A stretch of 64,000 nucleotides of DNA from Candidatus Nomurabacteria bacterium (GTDB taxonomy: Bacteria; Patescibacteriota; Minisyncoccia; Phycocordibacterales; SBAW01): positions 213,739 through 277,738 of the forward strand of contig CALQZS010000001.1 of the NCBI GenBank assembly GCA_943349945.1. Reading direction: 5' to 3'. Shown piece after piece: positions 45,319 through 55,351 of the stretch. A program made the translations under genes and the position numbers. The notes under the pieces were generated by a model. It searched no databases, was not told the DNA's origin, and saw nothing but the letters and a program-made list of their open reading frames with translations. Numbering within the stretch: position 1 is the first letter of the stretch; every line of letters starts with the position of its first letter.

Positions 45319-46971
45319 ATGTCAATCATCCCTAGGGTGGGGACTATTTTAATAGCAGAACAAATATCGTATACAATAATTGATATGCAGTACGCTCGCA
45401 CTTGGGGTGCGCAGACGTCGATGCTAGCGCCGCATTTAGTCTCTGTGGAGACAGACCTCTCGCGCGGCCTCCACTCATTTACACTTGTTGGACTCCCCGA
45501 CAAAGCAGTTGAAGAATCGCGCGACAGAGTTGCCGCGGCAATAAAGCACTCTGGGTTTGAGTCGCCAAAATCGCGCAACCAAAAAATTGTCATATCGCTT
45601 GCACCGGCCGATCTTAAAAAAGAAGGGCCGCTTTTTGATTTACCAATCGCTCTTTCGTACTTACTTGCAGCAGATGACATACGCTTCGACCCCGAACCTT
45701 TTTTATTTATCGGTGAGCTTGCGCTCGACGGCACACTGCGCGCAGTGCGTGGCGTGTTACCACTTGTAGCCGAAGCAAAGCGGGTGGGGAAGCGTGCCGT
45801 GTTCGTCCCAGAAGCTAACGCCCGCGAAGCGGCACTTGTGGGCGGCATCGATATTTTTGGTGCAAAAAACTTAGGAGCAGTGATTGAACATCTTAATCAA
45901 AAACGTGTTGCCAAAAATGCAGCGGACAAAAAAGTAGCGAAAGAAAAACAGACACTCACACCAACACCACAGACCATGCTCGAGCCGAGCGTCATGCACA
46001 CGCAGTTTGCGTTTGAGGATATTCGAGGACAAGAGAGCGCAAAGCGCGCGGCAATTATTGCCGCAGCGGGCGGACACAACTTGGGACTCTCGGGCCCGCC
46101 GGGTACCGGCAAGACGATGCTCGCGCGAGCACTTGCGTCCATACTCCCACCACTCTCCTTTGACGAGATGCTTGAGGTCAACAGCATCCATTCCGTTGCT
46201 GGCGCACTCCATACCGACCTCTTAACCACGCGCCCATTTCGCTCGCCGCACCACACATCTTCGTACGTATCTATTGTCGGTGGCGGCGCAACACCCAGAC
46301 CAGGCGAGGCCACACTCGCACACCGCGGTGTTTTATTTTTAGACGAGTTCCCCGAGTTTGAGCGGCGTGTCATCGAGGCTCTGCGACAACCTCTTGAAGA
46401 CAGAGTCATCGCAGTGGCACGTGCAAAAGGGACTGCATATTTTCCTGCGCGCTTTACGTTGGTCGCCGCAATGAATCCGTGTCCATGCGGCAACTGGGGG
46501 CATCCAAACATTGAATGCATCTGCACCCCTATGAACCTCGAGAGGTACAGAAGAAAAATCTCTGGCCCCATCGCCGACCGCATCGACCTGTGGACAGGCA
46601 TGGGACCAGTCGACTTGACCGAGCTTGGCAAAAAAATAATCCGCGGCAGCGAGACAGACGCTGCGCGCAAAATAGTTTTGGCGGCGCGTGCGCGACAACA
46701 GGAGCGGTTTGCAAATACAGAACAAAAAAATACAAACACATCTGCAAAAACAAATAGCGACCTTTCGCCCAGAGAACTCGAAGAGCTAGTACCACTCACC
46801 ACAAGTGCACGTACCACACTAGAGCGGGCGGGCATGAGACTCAACCTGTCGCCCCGAGCATTCCATCGCGTGATTAAAGTTGCACGCACTATTGCAGACC
46901 TAGACGACTCACCCGACGTGAATGATTCTCACATTTTGGAAGCGTTGCAATATAGAGAGCGCAAGGGTTAG
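45319..46971 (+). CDS. YifB/ComM-family Mg-chelatase-like AAA+ ATPase
   Basis: 550 aa; Lon-like N-domain, Walker A GPPGTGKT, zinc-ribbon CPCG. Confidence 0.85.
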   Translation: MSIIPRVGTILIAEQISYTIIDMQYARTWGAQTSMLAPHLVSVETDLSRGLHSFTLVGLPDKAVEESRDRVAAAIKHSGFESPKSRNQKIVISLAPADLKKEGPLFDLPIALSYLLAADDIRFDPEPFLFIGELALDGTLRAVRGVLPLVAEAKRVGKRAVFVPEANAREAALVGGIDIFGAKNLGAVIEHLNQKRVAKNAADKKVAKEKQTLTPTPQTMLEPSVMHTQFAFEDIRGQESAKRAAIIAAAGGHNLGLSGPPGTGKTMLARALASILPPLSFDEMLEVNSIHSVAGALHTDLLTTRPFRSPHHTSSYVSIVGGGATPRPGEATLAHRGVLFLDEFPEFERRVIEALRQPLEDRVIAVARAKGTAYFPARFTLVAAMNPCPCGNWGHPNIECICTPMNLERYRRKISGPIADRIDLWTGMGPVDLTELGKKIIRGSETDAARKIVLAARARQQERFANTEQKNTNTSAKTNSDLSPRELEELVPLTTSARTTLERAGMRLNLSPRAFHRVIKVARTIADLDDSPDVNDSHILEALQYRERKG

Positions 46972-47001
46972 CGGCGTTTCACAAGCATATACAAGTGCAT
47001 T

Positions 47002-47412
47002 TTGTTGTACACCGTAGCACATCTCTGCTATGGTGTGACTAGAGCAGGTGAGGAAACACTTCCTATGGACAGCTCACAAATGCTGCAATATGCATGCCGC
47101 ACACACGACGTAGACTATTATCGTGAACGACCAGAGGATAAAGACAAACCACCCACAGAGCGCAGGTGGGAAATGTTGATCAACCCACACATAGTAGTCG
47201 ACATCATTGAGAAGCTGATCCTTTTTGTTGGCACAGAAGAAGAAGCACTCGCAAAGTTGGACTGGTGCCAACAAGCCTCTCCACCTCTAATGGAGAGGCT
47301 GCGCACACAAGCACGCAAACGCTTAGCCGAAATAGGCCCCATAAAAGACACATGCACAGAGTGCCCGGTGGGTAGCATTGCAGGTAGATGGAGCAGCTTT
47401 CGCCAAAAGTGA
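47002..47412 (+). CDS. Hypothetical protein
   Basis: 136-aa ORF; no motif recognised. Confidence 0.3.
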   Translation: MLYTVAHLCYGVTRAGEETLPMDSSQMLQYACRTHDVDYYRERPEDKDKPPTERRWEMLINPHIVVDIIEKLILFVGTEEEALAKLDWCQQASPPLMERLRTQARKRLAEIGPIKDTCTECPVGSIAGRWSSFRQK

Positions 47413-47489
47413 CTATTACACCGCCGCGACCCACACAAGGTCGCGGCGGAATTTTTATACAAACTAGGGCAAGGTATACTGTATTCCGT

Positions 47490-48863
47490 ATGAAGAAAAA
47501 CAATTCGCCCTGGCTGCACCAACTTGACCCAAACCGCGAGCACACAAAACTTACACAAGACCTAACTACCGATGTGGTAGTGGTGGGTGCAGGCATTGCC
47601 GGCATTGCGACTACTTTTTTTATTTTAAAAAACACTGACAAAAAAGTAGTGCTCCTGGAAAAATATAAATTGGGACACGGCGCAACCGGCCACAACGCCG
47701 GACAAGTGGTGAGTTACTTTGAACGCGGGTTTGCAAGTTTAGCAAAAGAGTTTGGTATCACACTTGCCGGACAGGGCCAACATGCAGTTGAGCAGGCGTG
47801 GGAGCTGCTCGACGAGATGTACACTGACGCACATCTCGACATTCCATTTTCGCGTTTTGTAGGACACGCCGGACTCACAAGCTATGAGCAAGTCTTGTGG
47901 CACCTAGAAGACAGTTTGATGCGCAAGCAAGCAGGGCTCCAAACGGAACCTATGCGCGTGTGCGCCGAGGAAGATTTTATAGAAACTATTCCGGAGAAAT
48001 ATCAGGGACTCTACATAGTTGCCCCAGCCAAAGAAGTACTCGCTACACTCGAGACAAAACAGCAGCGATTTGTCGCTGTGATGTCGTCTCAAAAAGGATG
48101 CGTCAACAGTGCGCTCCTTTGCCAAGAAGTACTCGCGTATTTGCTTGCTACTTACCCAGAGCGATTTGCATTATACGAACACACGCCGGTACACAAAATT
48201 ATTTTGCACGAACATGACGCGCTGCTCGACGCCGACACACACACCCTGCAGGCCGCGCGCGTAGTGTTGTGTACCAACGGATTTGCAGACCTGCACATCA
48301 TCAACGAAAACGGTCTTGAAGTTGATGCAAAATATCATCACTTACTTAGCGGCAAAATTGGATACATGTCCGGATACTTAGAGCAGCTCAACAAAACACC
48401 GACCGCTATAAGTTATTACACTGACCCGAAACCCAGTGTCGACAATTCGTACTACTATCTGACACGTCGCTCGTGGGAGTACGAAAAAAATACCGAGCAC
48501 AACCTGATCTCTATTGGCGGGCCCGACATGGATATAGAGGAGAGTCACACATACTCGCACGAAGACGAGTATCCTGAAATACACGAGCAAAAAATAGATG
48601 CGTTTGTACGCAGCGTATACGACACCGAACCGAATAAAAAAATCGACTACCTGTTTACCTGGCACGGACTCATGGGCTATACAAAAAACAAAGTGCGCCT
48701 CATCGGCGCCGAACCACAAAATCCTATATTGCTCTACAACTTGGGATGCAACGGTGTAGGCATCTTACCGTCGCTCTATGGGGGAAGACGTATCGCCCGA
48801 ATTATCGCAGGGGAGTCGTTAGAGAAAACTATCTTCGACGTTCCGCAAAAAAGTTCTGAGTAA
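47490..48863 (+). CDS. FAD-dependent oxidoreductase (DAO family)
   Basis: Rossmann dinucleotide motif VVVVGAGIAGIATT; ATG at 47490 (MKKNNSPW). Confidence 0.7.
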   Translation: MKKNNSPWLHQLDPNREHTKLTQDLTTDVVVVGAGIAGIATTFFILKNTDKKVVLLEKYKLGHGATGHNAGQVVSYFERGFASLAKEFGITLAGQGQHAVEQAWELLDEMYTDAHLDIPFSRFVGHAGLTSYEQVLWHLEDSLMRKQAGLQTEPMRVCAEEDFIETIPEKYQGLYIVAPAKEVLATLETKQQRFVAVMSSQKGCVNSALLCQEVLAYLLATYPERFALYEHTPVHKIILHEHDALLDADTHTLQAARVVLCTNGFADLHIINENGLEVDAKYHHLLSGKIGYMSGYLEQLNKTPTAISYYTDPKPSVDNSYYYLTRRSWEYEKNTEHNLISIGGPDMDIEESHTYSHEDEYPEIHEQKIDAFVRSVYDTEPNKKIDYLFTWHGLMGYTKNKVRLIGAEPQNPILLYNLGCNGVGILPSLYGGRRIARIIAGESLEKTIFDVPQKSSE

Positions 48864-48867
48864 AAAA

Positions 48868-49887
48868 TTAGCGCGCTCCGACGCGTAGTGCGCCGAATGG
48901 GTTTTTGCTGCCGCGTACCTCAAAGTGGAGGTGCATACCGGTGGCTTTTCCTGTTTGCCCTACACCTGCGATTACTTGACCCTTCACCACGCTGCTACCC
49001 ACCGCAACTTGTACTGAGCCAGTCTTGGCATGTGCATAGAGTGTTTGCGTGCCGTTTGCGTGTTTTATAACGATGTAGTTTCCGTATCCGCCGTTCCATC
49101 CACCGTTGTCTCGTGCAACTACCACTACACCACTTGCCGCTGCAAGTATTGCAGTGCCTTCTTTAACACCGCCGATGTCGACGCCGTTAAACCCGTGGGA
49201 ACCTTGGGTTATGCGCCCACCGCTCACCGGCCAGCCATAGTAAGTTCCTGATGGGGCTGCTGTTGCGCCAGGGGTAGCAACCTTGGCCGGCGCCGCGGCT
49301 ATTACTCCATCTGGAATGATGATGGTGTCTCCAATGGCTAGTGAAGTATTTTCTGGAACGTTATTATACCTGGCAATATCGGCCACCGATGAGCTGTACT
49401 TTTTAGCCAAACTTGCCAGAGTGTCTCCTGAACCAACCTTATGCTGCACCCCTGTAATAGGCAGTATCACCAGCTCTTGCCCTGGATGCACCACACCACC
49501 CTTAATGTCGTTTGCCCACAAAATAGTATTTACCGAAACGCCAAACATCTCGGCAATGACCGAGAGCATGTCTCCCTCTTGCACCACATACACACTAATC
49601 TGCGACGCAGCGGGGCTCTCTATGTCGGACAAAGTGCCCGAAGGGCCATCTTGCGCCAACAGGGCAACCCCACCCACAAAAGAAATGTCGCCGCCACCCA
49701 CAGCAGGCCGCGGGTCTATATTGGTTGCTGGAGCAAGGGCCGGCAGTGTTTGAGAATTAAAGAGAGCACCCGACGCGTTGCTTGGAGAGGCTGTTTTGTG
49801 CAAAAACGCAGAAAAAAGGCTTGCATCAGCAAGCAGGGGGTATAAAAATACAAAAAAGCCGCCGCCAAGCATGACGCCTACAAACAA
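48868..49887 (-). CDS. LysM-domain M23-family peptidoglycan metallopeptidase
   Basis: Two LysM repeats (GDTLASLAKKYSSSVADIARYN); M23 motifs HxxxD and HLHFEV. Confidence 0.8.
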   Translation of the reverse strand: MFVGVMLGGGFFVFLYPLLADASLFSAFLHKTASPSNASGALFNSQTLPALAPATNIDPRPAVGGGDISFVGGVALLAQDGPSGTLSDIESPAASQISVYVVQEGDMLSVIAEMFGVSVNTILWANDIKGGVVHPGQELVILPITGVQHKVGSGDTLASLAKKYSSSVADIARYNNVPENTSLAIGDTIIIPDGVIAAAPAKVATPGATAAPSGTYYGWPVSGGRITQGSHGFNGVDIGGVKEGTAILAAASGVVVVARDNGGWNGGYGNYIVIKHANGTQTLYAHAKTGSVQVAVGSSVVKGQVIAGVGQTGKATGMHLHFEVRGSKNPFGALRVGAR

Positions 49888-50167
49888 GGTTTTTTTAGCT
49901 TTTTCTGAGAATCTACCCGAAAGTGGGCCCTCTGTAGTCAGAAAAGCGTCTGGATTGTCTTTTTTTATAGGTTTGTGTGCCTGGAATATCCGCTCACTCG
50001 AGCAAAGACTAAAGTTCTTTGCTTCTTGTTTTGCTTAAACCCAAGCCTCAAGGGGCACTCGCCCAGCTGTTTTTTGTACAAAATGGCTTAACAAGGCCGT
50101 TTCATACTATCCTCATGCAGTACAATACAACTATACTGCCGCACAAACCCTCGTCAATTGGGGTCAT

Positions 50168-52129
50168 ATGCCCGTGTGGATAGCTTTTGCACGCTCCAAA
50201 TTTAGCCTTGTCTGGTATAGTGTTTTAGTGACCGACTCTGCAAACCATCTTGCCCATCTAAATACTGCACAACAAAAAGCTGTTCGCGCAATAGATGGAC
50301 CGCTTCTTGTTCTTGCCGGAGCAGGGGCGGGGAAGACCAGGGTTATTGCCCACAGGATTTTGGAAATTGTGCGTCAGGGCACGGCGCCCGAGCGGATTTT
50401 GGCTATCACCTTTACCAATAAAGCAGCCGCCGAGATGCGCGAGCGAGTGTTGGGGCTTTTGCCAGCTGCCGGCAGGCCGCCATTTGTCTCGACATTCCAC
50501 TCGCTTGGACTCTCTATTATTAAAGAGAACGCGGCACTGTTGGGTTTTGCCAGGACACCAGCCATATATGACCGAAACGACTCTCTTCGCGAGATGAAGG
50601 CTGCGCTCAAACAACTTGGTGTCGAGGATACTGAACCCCGAGCAGCACTCAACACCATGTCCAAGCAAAAAGGACAGGGGGTGAGTGTGCACGATTTTGC
50701 TGCACAGGCGCATAGCTTCCATGACCGCACCACCGCATCCGCGTGGAGCCTGTACGAGCAAGCACTCCGTAAAGACGGCGCGGTGGACTTTGATGACCTT
50801 TTAGTGCGCGCGATGCAGCTGCTACGCGATAACGCGGCAGTGCGCACGCATTATCGAGAAAAGTGGTCGCATATACACATAGACGAATATCAAGACACCA
50901 ACCAGGTGCAGGCGCAGTTGGCAGGACTTTTGGTAGGGGACAAGCAAAATATTTGTGCCGTAGGGGACATTGATCAAACTATTTACGGCTGGCGAGGCGC
51001 CCTGATAGAAAACATGATCCATTTTGAACGCACGTTCCCTGGTGCGCAAACTGTTATTTTGGAAGAGAACTATCGATCGACGCAAAATATCTTGGCCGCC
51101 GCAAATGAGGTGATAGTAAAAAACCCAAACCGACCAGAGAAAAATCTCTTTACTAAAAACAAGGAGGGCGAGGCGCTTGGTCTGTATCAAGCATTCGACG
51201 AACTCGACGAGGCTGCGTTTGTGGCGCGCAAAATACAAGAGCTTCGTAAAGAGGGTGTCGCACCAAAAGATTTTTGTGTGTTGTACCGAGCAAACTTTCA
51301 ATCCCGCGCGCTAGAGGAAGCACTGCTCGCAAACAACATCCCGTACCAGGTTTTGGGTACGCGCTTTTTTGAACGCAAAGAAGTGAAGGATGCACTGTCC
51401 TTTATCCGCGCTGCCTTGTTTAGCACCCCCGCAGATATCGAGCGTATTACAAAAGCAGTACCATCGGGCATTGGGAAAGTAACCCTTACTAAAGTGCTTG
51501 AAGGCAAGGAAAACGAGCTTACCGGCGCGGTCAGAGAGAAGGTGGCAAAACTGCGCAATTTACTTGCGCGCATCCGCGAAAAAGCAGAGCAACTGAGCCC
51601 AGGAGAGTTGGTGCAGTTTGTTATCACCGAGTCGGGCATGGAGCGCTTGTGTAAGGAGGACAAAGCCGAAGGAGTAGAGCGGCTTGAGAACTTGCGCGAG
51701 CTGGGTAACCTTGCCGCCCGCTACAACACCCTGCCACAAGCAGAGGCGCTTGAAGCATTTTTGGAATCCACCTCGCTCCAAAGCGACCAAGACGAACTTA
51801 AAGAGGACGCAAACGCAGTGCGCATGATGACCGTGCATGCGTCCAAAGGACTTGAGTTCCCTTATGTATTTATAGTGGGACTTGAAGAAGGACTCTTTCC
51901 ATATTCCAGAGAGGGGGACAGCGCCAAAGAAGCACAGGAGGAGAGGCGACTGATGTACGTAGCTATTACCCGCGCAGAGAAAAAAGTATTTTTAACCTAT
52001 GCGTCCTATCGGACGGTGTTTGGCTCAAAAAACGCAACCTTTCCGTCGCAGTTTATATCCGACATACCGGACTACCTGCTTGAAGTAGAAAACCCCGAAA
52101 GACTGGGTCGCACTATTTACCTTGACTGA
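50168..52129 (+). CDS. UvrD/PcrA-family ATP-dependent DNA helicase
   Basis: Walker A LAGAGAGKTRV; helicase motifs throughout; ends overlapping the ksgA start. Confidence 0.85.
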   Translation: MPVWIAFARSKFSLVWYSVLVTDSANHLAHLNTAQQKAVRAIDGPLLVLAGAGAGKTRVIAHRILEIVRQGTAPERILAITFTNKAAAEMRERVLGLLPAAGRPPFVSTFHSLGLSIIKENAALLGFARTPAIYDRNDSLREMKAALKQLGVEDTEPRAALNTMSKQKGQGVSVHDFAAQAHSFHDRTTASAWSLYEQALRKDGAVDFDDLLVRAMQLLRDNAAVRTHYREKWSHIHIDEYQDTNQVQAQLAGLLVGDKQNICAVGDIDQTIYGWRGALIENMIHFERTFPGAQTVILEENYRSTQNILAAANEVIVKNPNRPEKNLFTKNKEGEALGLYQAFDELDEAAFVARKIQELRKEGVAPKDFCVLYRANFQSRALEEALLANNIPYQVLGTRFFERKEVKDALSFIRAALFSTPADIERITKAVPSGIGKVTLTKVLEGKENELTGAVREKVAKLRNLLARIREKAEQLSPGELVQFVITESGMERLCKEDKAEGVERLENLRELGNLAARYNTLPQAEALEAFLESTSLQSDQDELKEDANAVRMMTVHASKGLEFPYVFIVGLEEGLFPYSREGDSAKEAQEERRLMYVAITRAEKKVFLTYASYRTVFGSKNATFPSQFISDIPDYLLEVENPERLGRTIYLD

Positions 52130-52928
52130 TATGTATAAAAAGAAATCTCTCGGTCAACATTTTTTGCACAACCCGCACTATCTCGGGATGCTAGCTGACG
52201 CCGCAGATATACAAAAAAGAGACGCGGTAGTGGAAATTGGCCCCGGCGAAGGAGCGCTCACAAAAGTGCTGCTTGAGCGGGGAGCGCATGTTGTGGCGGT
52301 AGAAAAAGATACGCGACTTATCCCACTACTCTCTGAAAAATTTGCACAAGAAATAAAAAACGAGCAGCTAGAGGTTATTGAGGAAGATGCCTTGCGACTT
52401 AATACAGCAAGTCATTTGAAAAAACACGCAGGAAAATCGTCAAAAAAAGATACCTACAAAGTGGTAGGCAACATACCGTACTACATCACCGGTGCTTTGT
52501 TGCGCAAATATCTAACTGACACCAAGCAACCAGCAACGCTCGTTTTCTTAATACAAAAAGAAGTGGCAGAACGCATTGCGCGTAGCACAAAGGAAAGTCT
52601 TTTATCTCTCTCTATTAAGGCGTACGGTACGCCCACCTATATTAAAACCGTACCGCGCGGAGCATTTAACCCACCACCCGCAGTAGACTCTGCCATTTTG
52701 CTTGTCTCGAACATATCGCGCAAAAACTTTAAAAACAAAAAACACGAAGAGCGGTTTTTTACACTCCTACACGCTGGCTTTGCGCAAAAAAGAAAGCTCC
52801 TTAAAAGAAATATTGAAAAAGTGCTTGGGAGCGACACGGAAAAGGTTCTGCAAGACGCTGGTATCCCACTTAATGCCCGCGCAGAAGACGTGTCTTTGGC
52901 ACAGTGGCTCGCACTTACACTGAACTAA
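52122..52928 (+). CDS. rsmA: 16S rRNA (adenine1518/1519-N6) dimethyltransferase
   Basis: LGQHFL, VVEIGPGEGALT and VGNIPYYIT motifs. Confidence 0.9.
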   Translation: MTDMYKKKSLGQHFLHNPHYLGMLADAADIQKRDAVVEIGPGEGALTKVLLERGAHVVAVEKDTRLIPLLSEKFAQEIKNEQLEVIEEDALRLNTASHLKKHAGKSSKKDTYKVVGNIPYYITGALLRKYLTDTKQPATLVFLIQKEVAERIARSTKESLLSLSIKAYGTPTYIKTVPRGAFNPPPAVDSAILLVSNISRKNFKNKKHEERFFTLLHAGFAQKRKLLKRNIEKVLGSDTEKVLQDAGIPLNARAEDVSLAQWLALTLN

Positions 52929-54418
52929 ATAGGGGATGGTGCTGTTCCAAATCCGGGGATAGGAAGTATGGGCAGCCCTGCACCAACAAACAGCGGCCCT
53001 ACAAAACAAGGCACGGGCACGGGCGCTGCTTTACCCAAAATTTGGAAGCCAACCGGAGGAGGCATGCCCATGGTTACTAAGTTTGGCTTTGAGCCAGGCA
53101 TCCACATAATAGGGCCCGAGTAGGGAAGGCCACTTTTTGAAATCACCCAAAAAAGCACACCCGTGTTGCAGGGAATGTACGGCGGCGACACAATACCGCC
53201 AAAAGAAATACCCGTAAGCGGGCTCGAGGCCACACTACCTGCTGCTGCAGTAGTGCCGCTTGTTAAGAAACTAAGGCCCACTATCGCCGCAATACCAAGC
53301 ACGCCAACAGCTAAAATGCCTCCAATACCGCCACCTTCGCTGGAATTCTCGCTCGACGCATCTGAGTCAGAACCCGCACTAGCCCAAGTGTCATAGTCTC
53401 TTGCTGCTTGGTCTGCAAAAGGCACCACCACCTCAGCGCCGGGCACCCCAACTGTCTGGTAGATACCCTCGAACAAACCCTTGCGTATAGGGCCCCCGAC
53501 AAAAAAGAGGTTGTATTGGTCGGCACTGTCTATATTTGTAACCACTTCGACGTTGGGCGCTGCCACCAAAGAGCTGGACGCTGCTTGTATAGCCAAGCTA
53601 TTTCCACCCGAGGCTGCCCAAAGCAGCCCATCATCACTGACGTAACGCTCTATGGTTGTGAAGTTTTTGTTTAAAAATAGTACATATTTGCCCAAATCCC
53701 GCGATACGTGCACGTCGACATTAAACCCTTCGAGCGTTTTTTGGCCTTGAATATCGACCACATAGAGCCTGTCGGTACCCAAAATAGCCCCATTATGCGT
53801 CAACCGCGTCCGATAGACGTGTATTTTGCCCGGATAGTTGGTGCTGTAATAGAGCCATATCTCGCTACCCACCACCAACGCACTAGGCGCCCAGCCCCCG
53901 CGAGTATCGAGCCCGTTGTCTTGGTCTATAACTATGCCGCCGTCTACCCAGTCGACGCCGTCGGTACTGTACGCTTGCCCTATGCGATTATTGGTCTTAG
54001 CCAGGGTACTCGAAGCCGCATCGGTATTGGAAATAATACTGTAATACATGAGCAATCGGTTGGCGCTTGGGTCTGGCAACACCTCCGGGTCGGCAAGCTG
54101 GTGCCCTGCAACGCCAAAAACCGGCCGCGATTCTAGCCATCCGCCGGATTGATCATAAAAACTGACGTGGATTAGGCCAGAAGAGGCGTTTTTTGTAGGT
54201 TTGCCGCTGAACCACATCTTCCGTTGTCCAAAATCAGAGGACACAGTGGGCGACATGACGCTGTAGAACCCGCCCACAACCGGCACGGACACTTCTTGCG
54301 ACCAACTACCCACGGCGGCGAGTTGCTGCTGTGGCATAGTGAGCGCCGTAAGGGGAGCGGTCATCACCGTAAACACCGCAAGCACAAATGCGACGGCTTG
54401 ATTTAAAAATTCGGACAT
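52925..54418 (-). CDS. Secreted beta-propeller-like protein (possible GH43/GH130-like glycosidase fold) with TM and Pro/Gly-rich C-terminal tail
   Basis: Signal peptide; repeated blade-like W..G/YYS motifs; then TM GGIGGILAVGVLGIAAIVGL and a ~120-aa P/G-rich tail. Family call is tentative. Confidence 0.4.
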   Translation of the reverse strand: MSEFLNQAVAFVLAVFTVMTAPLTALTMPQQQLAAVGSWSQEVSVPVVGGFYSVMSPTVSSDFGQRKMWFSGKPTKNASSGLIHVSFYDQSGGWLESRPVFGVAGHQLADPEVLPDPSANRLLMYYSIISNTDAASSTLAKTNNRIGQAYSTDGVDWVDGGIVIDQDNGLDTRGGWAPSALVVGSEIWLYYSTNYPGKIHVYRTRLTHNGAILGTDRLYVVDIQGQKTLEGFNVDVHVSRDLGKYVLFLNKNFTTIERYVSDDGLLWAASGGNSLAIQAASSSLVAAPNVEVVTNIDSADQYNLFFVGGPIRKGLFEGIYQTVGVPGAEVVVPFADQAARDYDTWASAGSDSDASSENSSEGGGIGGILAVGVLGIAAIVGLSFLTSGTTAAAGSVASSPLTGISFGGIVSPPYIPCNTGVLFWVISKSGLPYSGPIMWMPGSKPNLVTMGMPPPVGFQILGKAAPVPVPCFVGPLFVGAGLPILPIPGFGTAPSPI

Positions 54419-54461
54419 TACCCCAAGTATAGCGTCAAAATAATCTTGTATACTAGAGGTA

Positions 54462-55346
54462 ATGAGTGCGAGATATTTACCCAGTGCACAATTTAGCCTA
54501 TTTGTAGTGTCGTTGGCTATTGCTGGCGGGTTAGTGGTGGCCGCAAACTACTCGACCAAACCAAACACAGCCAACCTGGCAAGCATTACGCCGAGCCAAA
54601 ATCCTACGTATGACTGGCGCGCTGCACTTGGCGCCGTACAAACAGAAAGCGGTATAGAGGCACCCGGCCCCATAGATGCTGCAACCATAGACTCTTTGCG
54701 CGATGCAGCAAAAAACACATCGAGCCTCACCGACGCCGTGTCTCGTACACTGCTTATAAACCTAAGCAACGCCAAAGCACAAGGTCTGGGGAGCGATATA
54801 CCTACACAAAACCAACTAGTCGCAAGCGCAGTGGGGCAAATAGACGCTACGCAACAGGCGCGACTATACACCCGAGCCGACTTGACTGTGGTTGCCGACA
54901 CTTCTGATGCTCAAAAAGCATATGGCAACGCACTCGCAATCGTAATGAGCAAAAGTGGCGGACTTGGGTACGCAGAAACATTGATCGCTATAGATATGGC
55001 CACTGCAAAGAATAGCCAAGCAGAGCTCGAGCAGCTTCCATCTATTGCAACCGAGTATAGCGAGTTATCTAAAGCGCTACTTCGCATACCAGTACCACAA
55101 ACACTTTCACCTTTTCATCTTCAACTTGTAAACAACTTCCAAAAAATTGCCGGGGCATATACACCCATGGCGACAATACTCACGGACCCACTACGCGGAC
55201 TCTCGGCAGTTAAAGACTACCAAGCACTTACCCAAGAAACACTACTTGTGTTTATAAACATCGGACAAACATTACATAAAAACGGTATACTTTTTACTAA
55301 GGACGAGCCAGGGAGCGCTTGGGATGTTCTGGTGTCTGCACAATAA
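54462..55346 (+). CDS. Membrane-anchored hypothetical protein (first gene of the T4SS-like operon)
   Basis: 294 aa; N-terminal TM FSLFVVSLAIAGGLVVAA. Confidence 0.4.
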   Translation: MSARYLPSAQFSLFVVSLAIAGGLVVAANYSTKPNTANLASITPSQNPTYDWRAALGAVQTESGIEAPGPIDAATIDSLRDAAKNTSSLTDAVSRTLLINLSNAKAQGLGSDIPTQNQLVASAVGQIDATQQARLYTRADLTVVADTSDAQKAYGNALAIVMSKSGGLGYAETLIAIDMATAKNSQAELEQLPSIATEYSELSKALLRIPVPQTLSPFHLQLVNNFQKIAGAYTPMATILTDPLRGLSAVKDYQALTQETLLVFINIGQTLHKNGILFTKDEPGSAWDVLVSAQ

Positions 55347-55351
55347 ACCAC

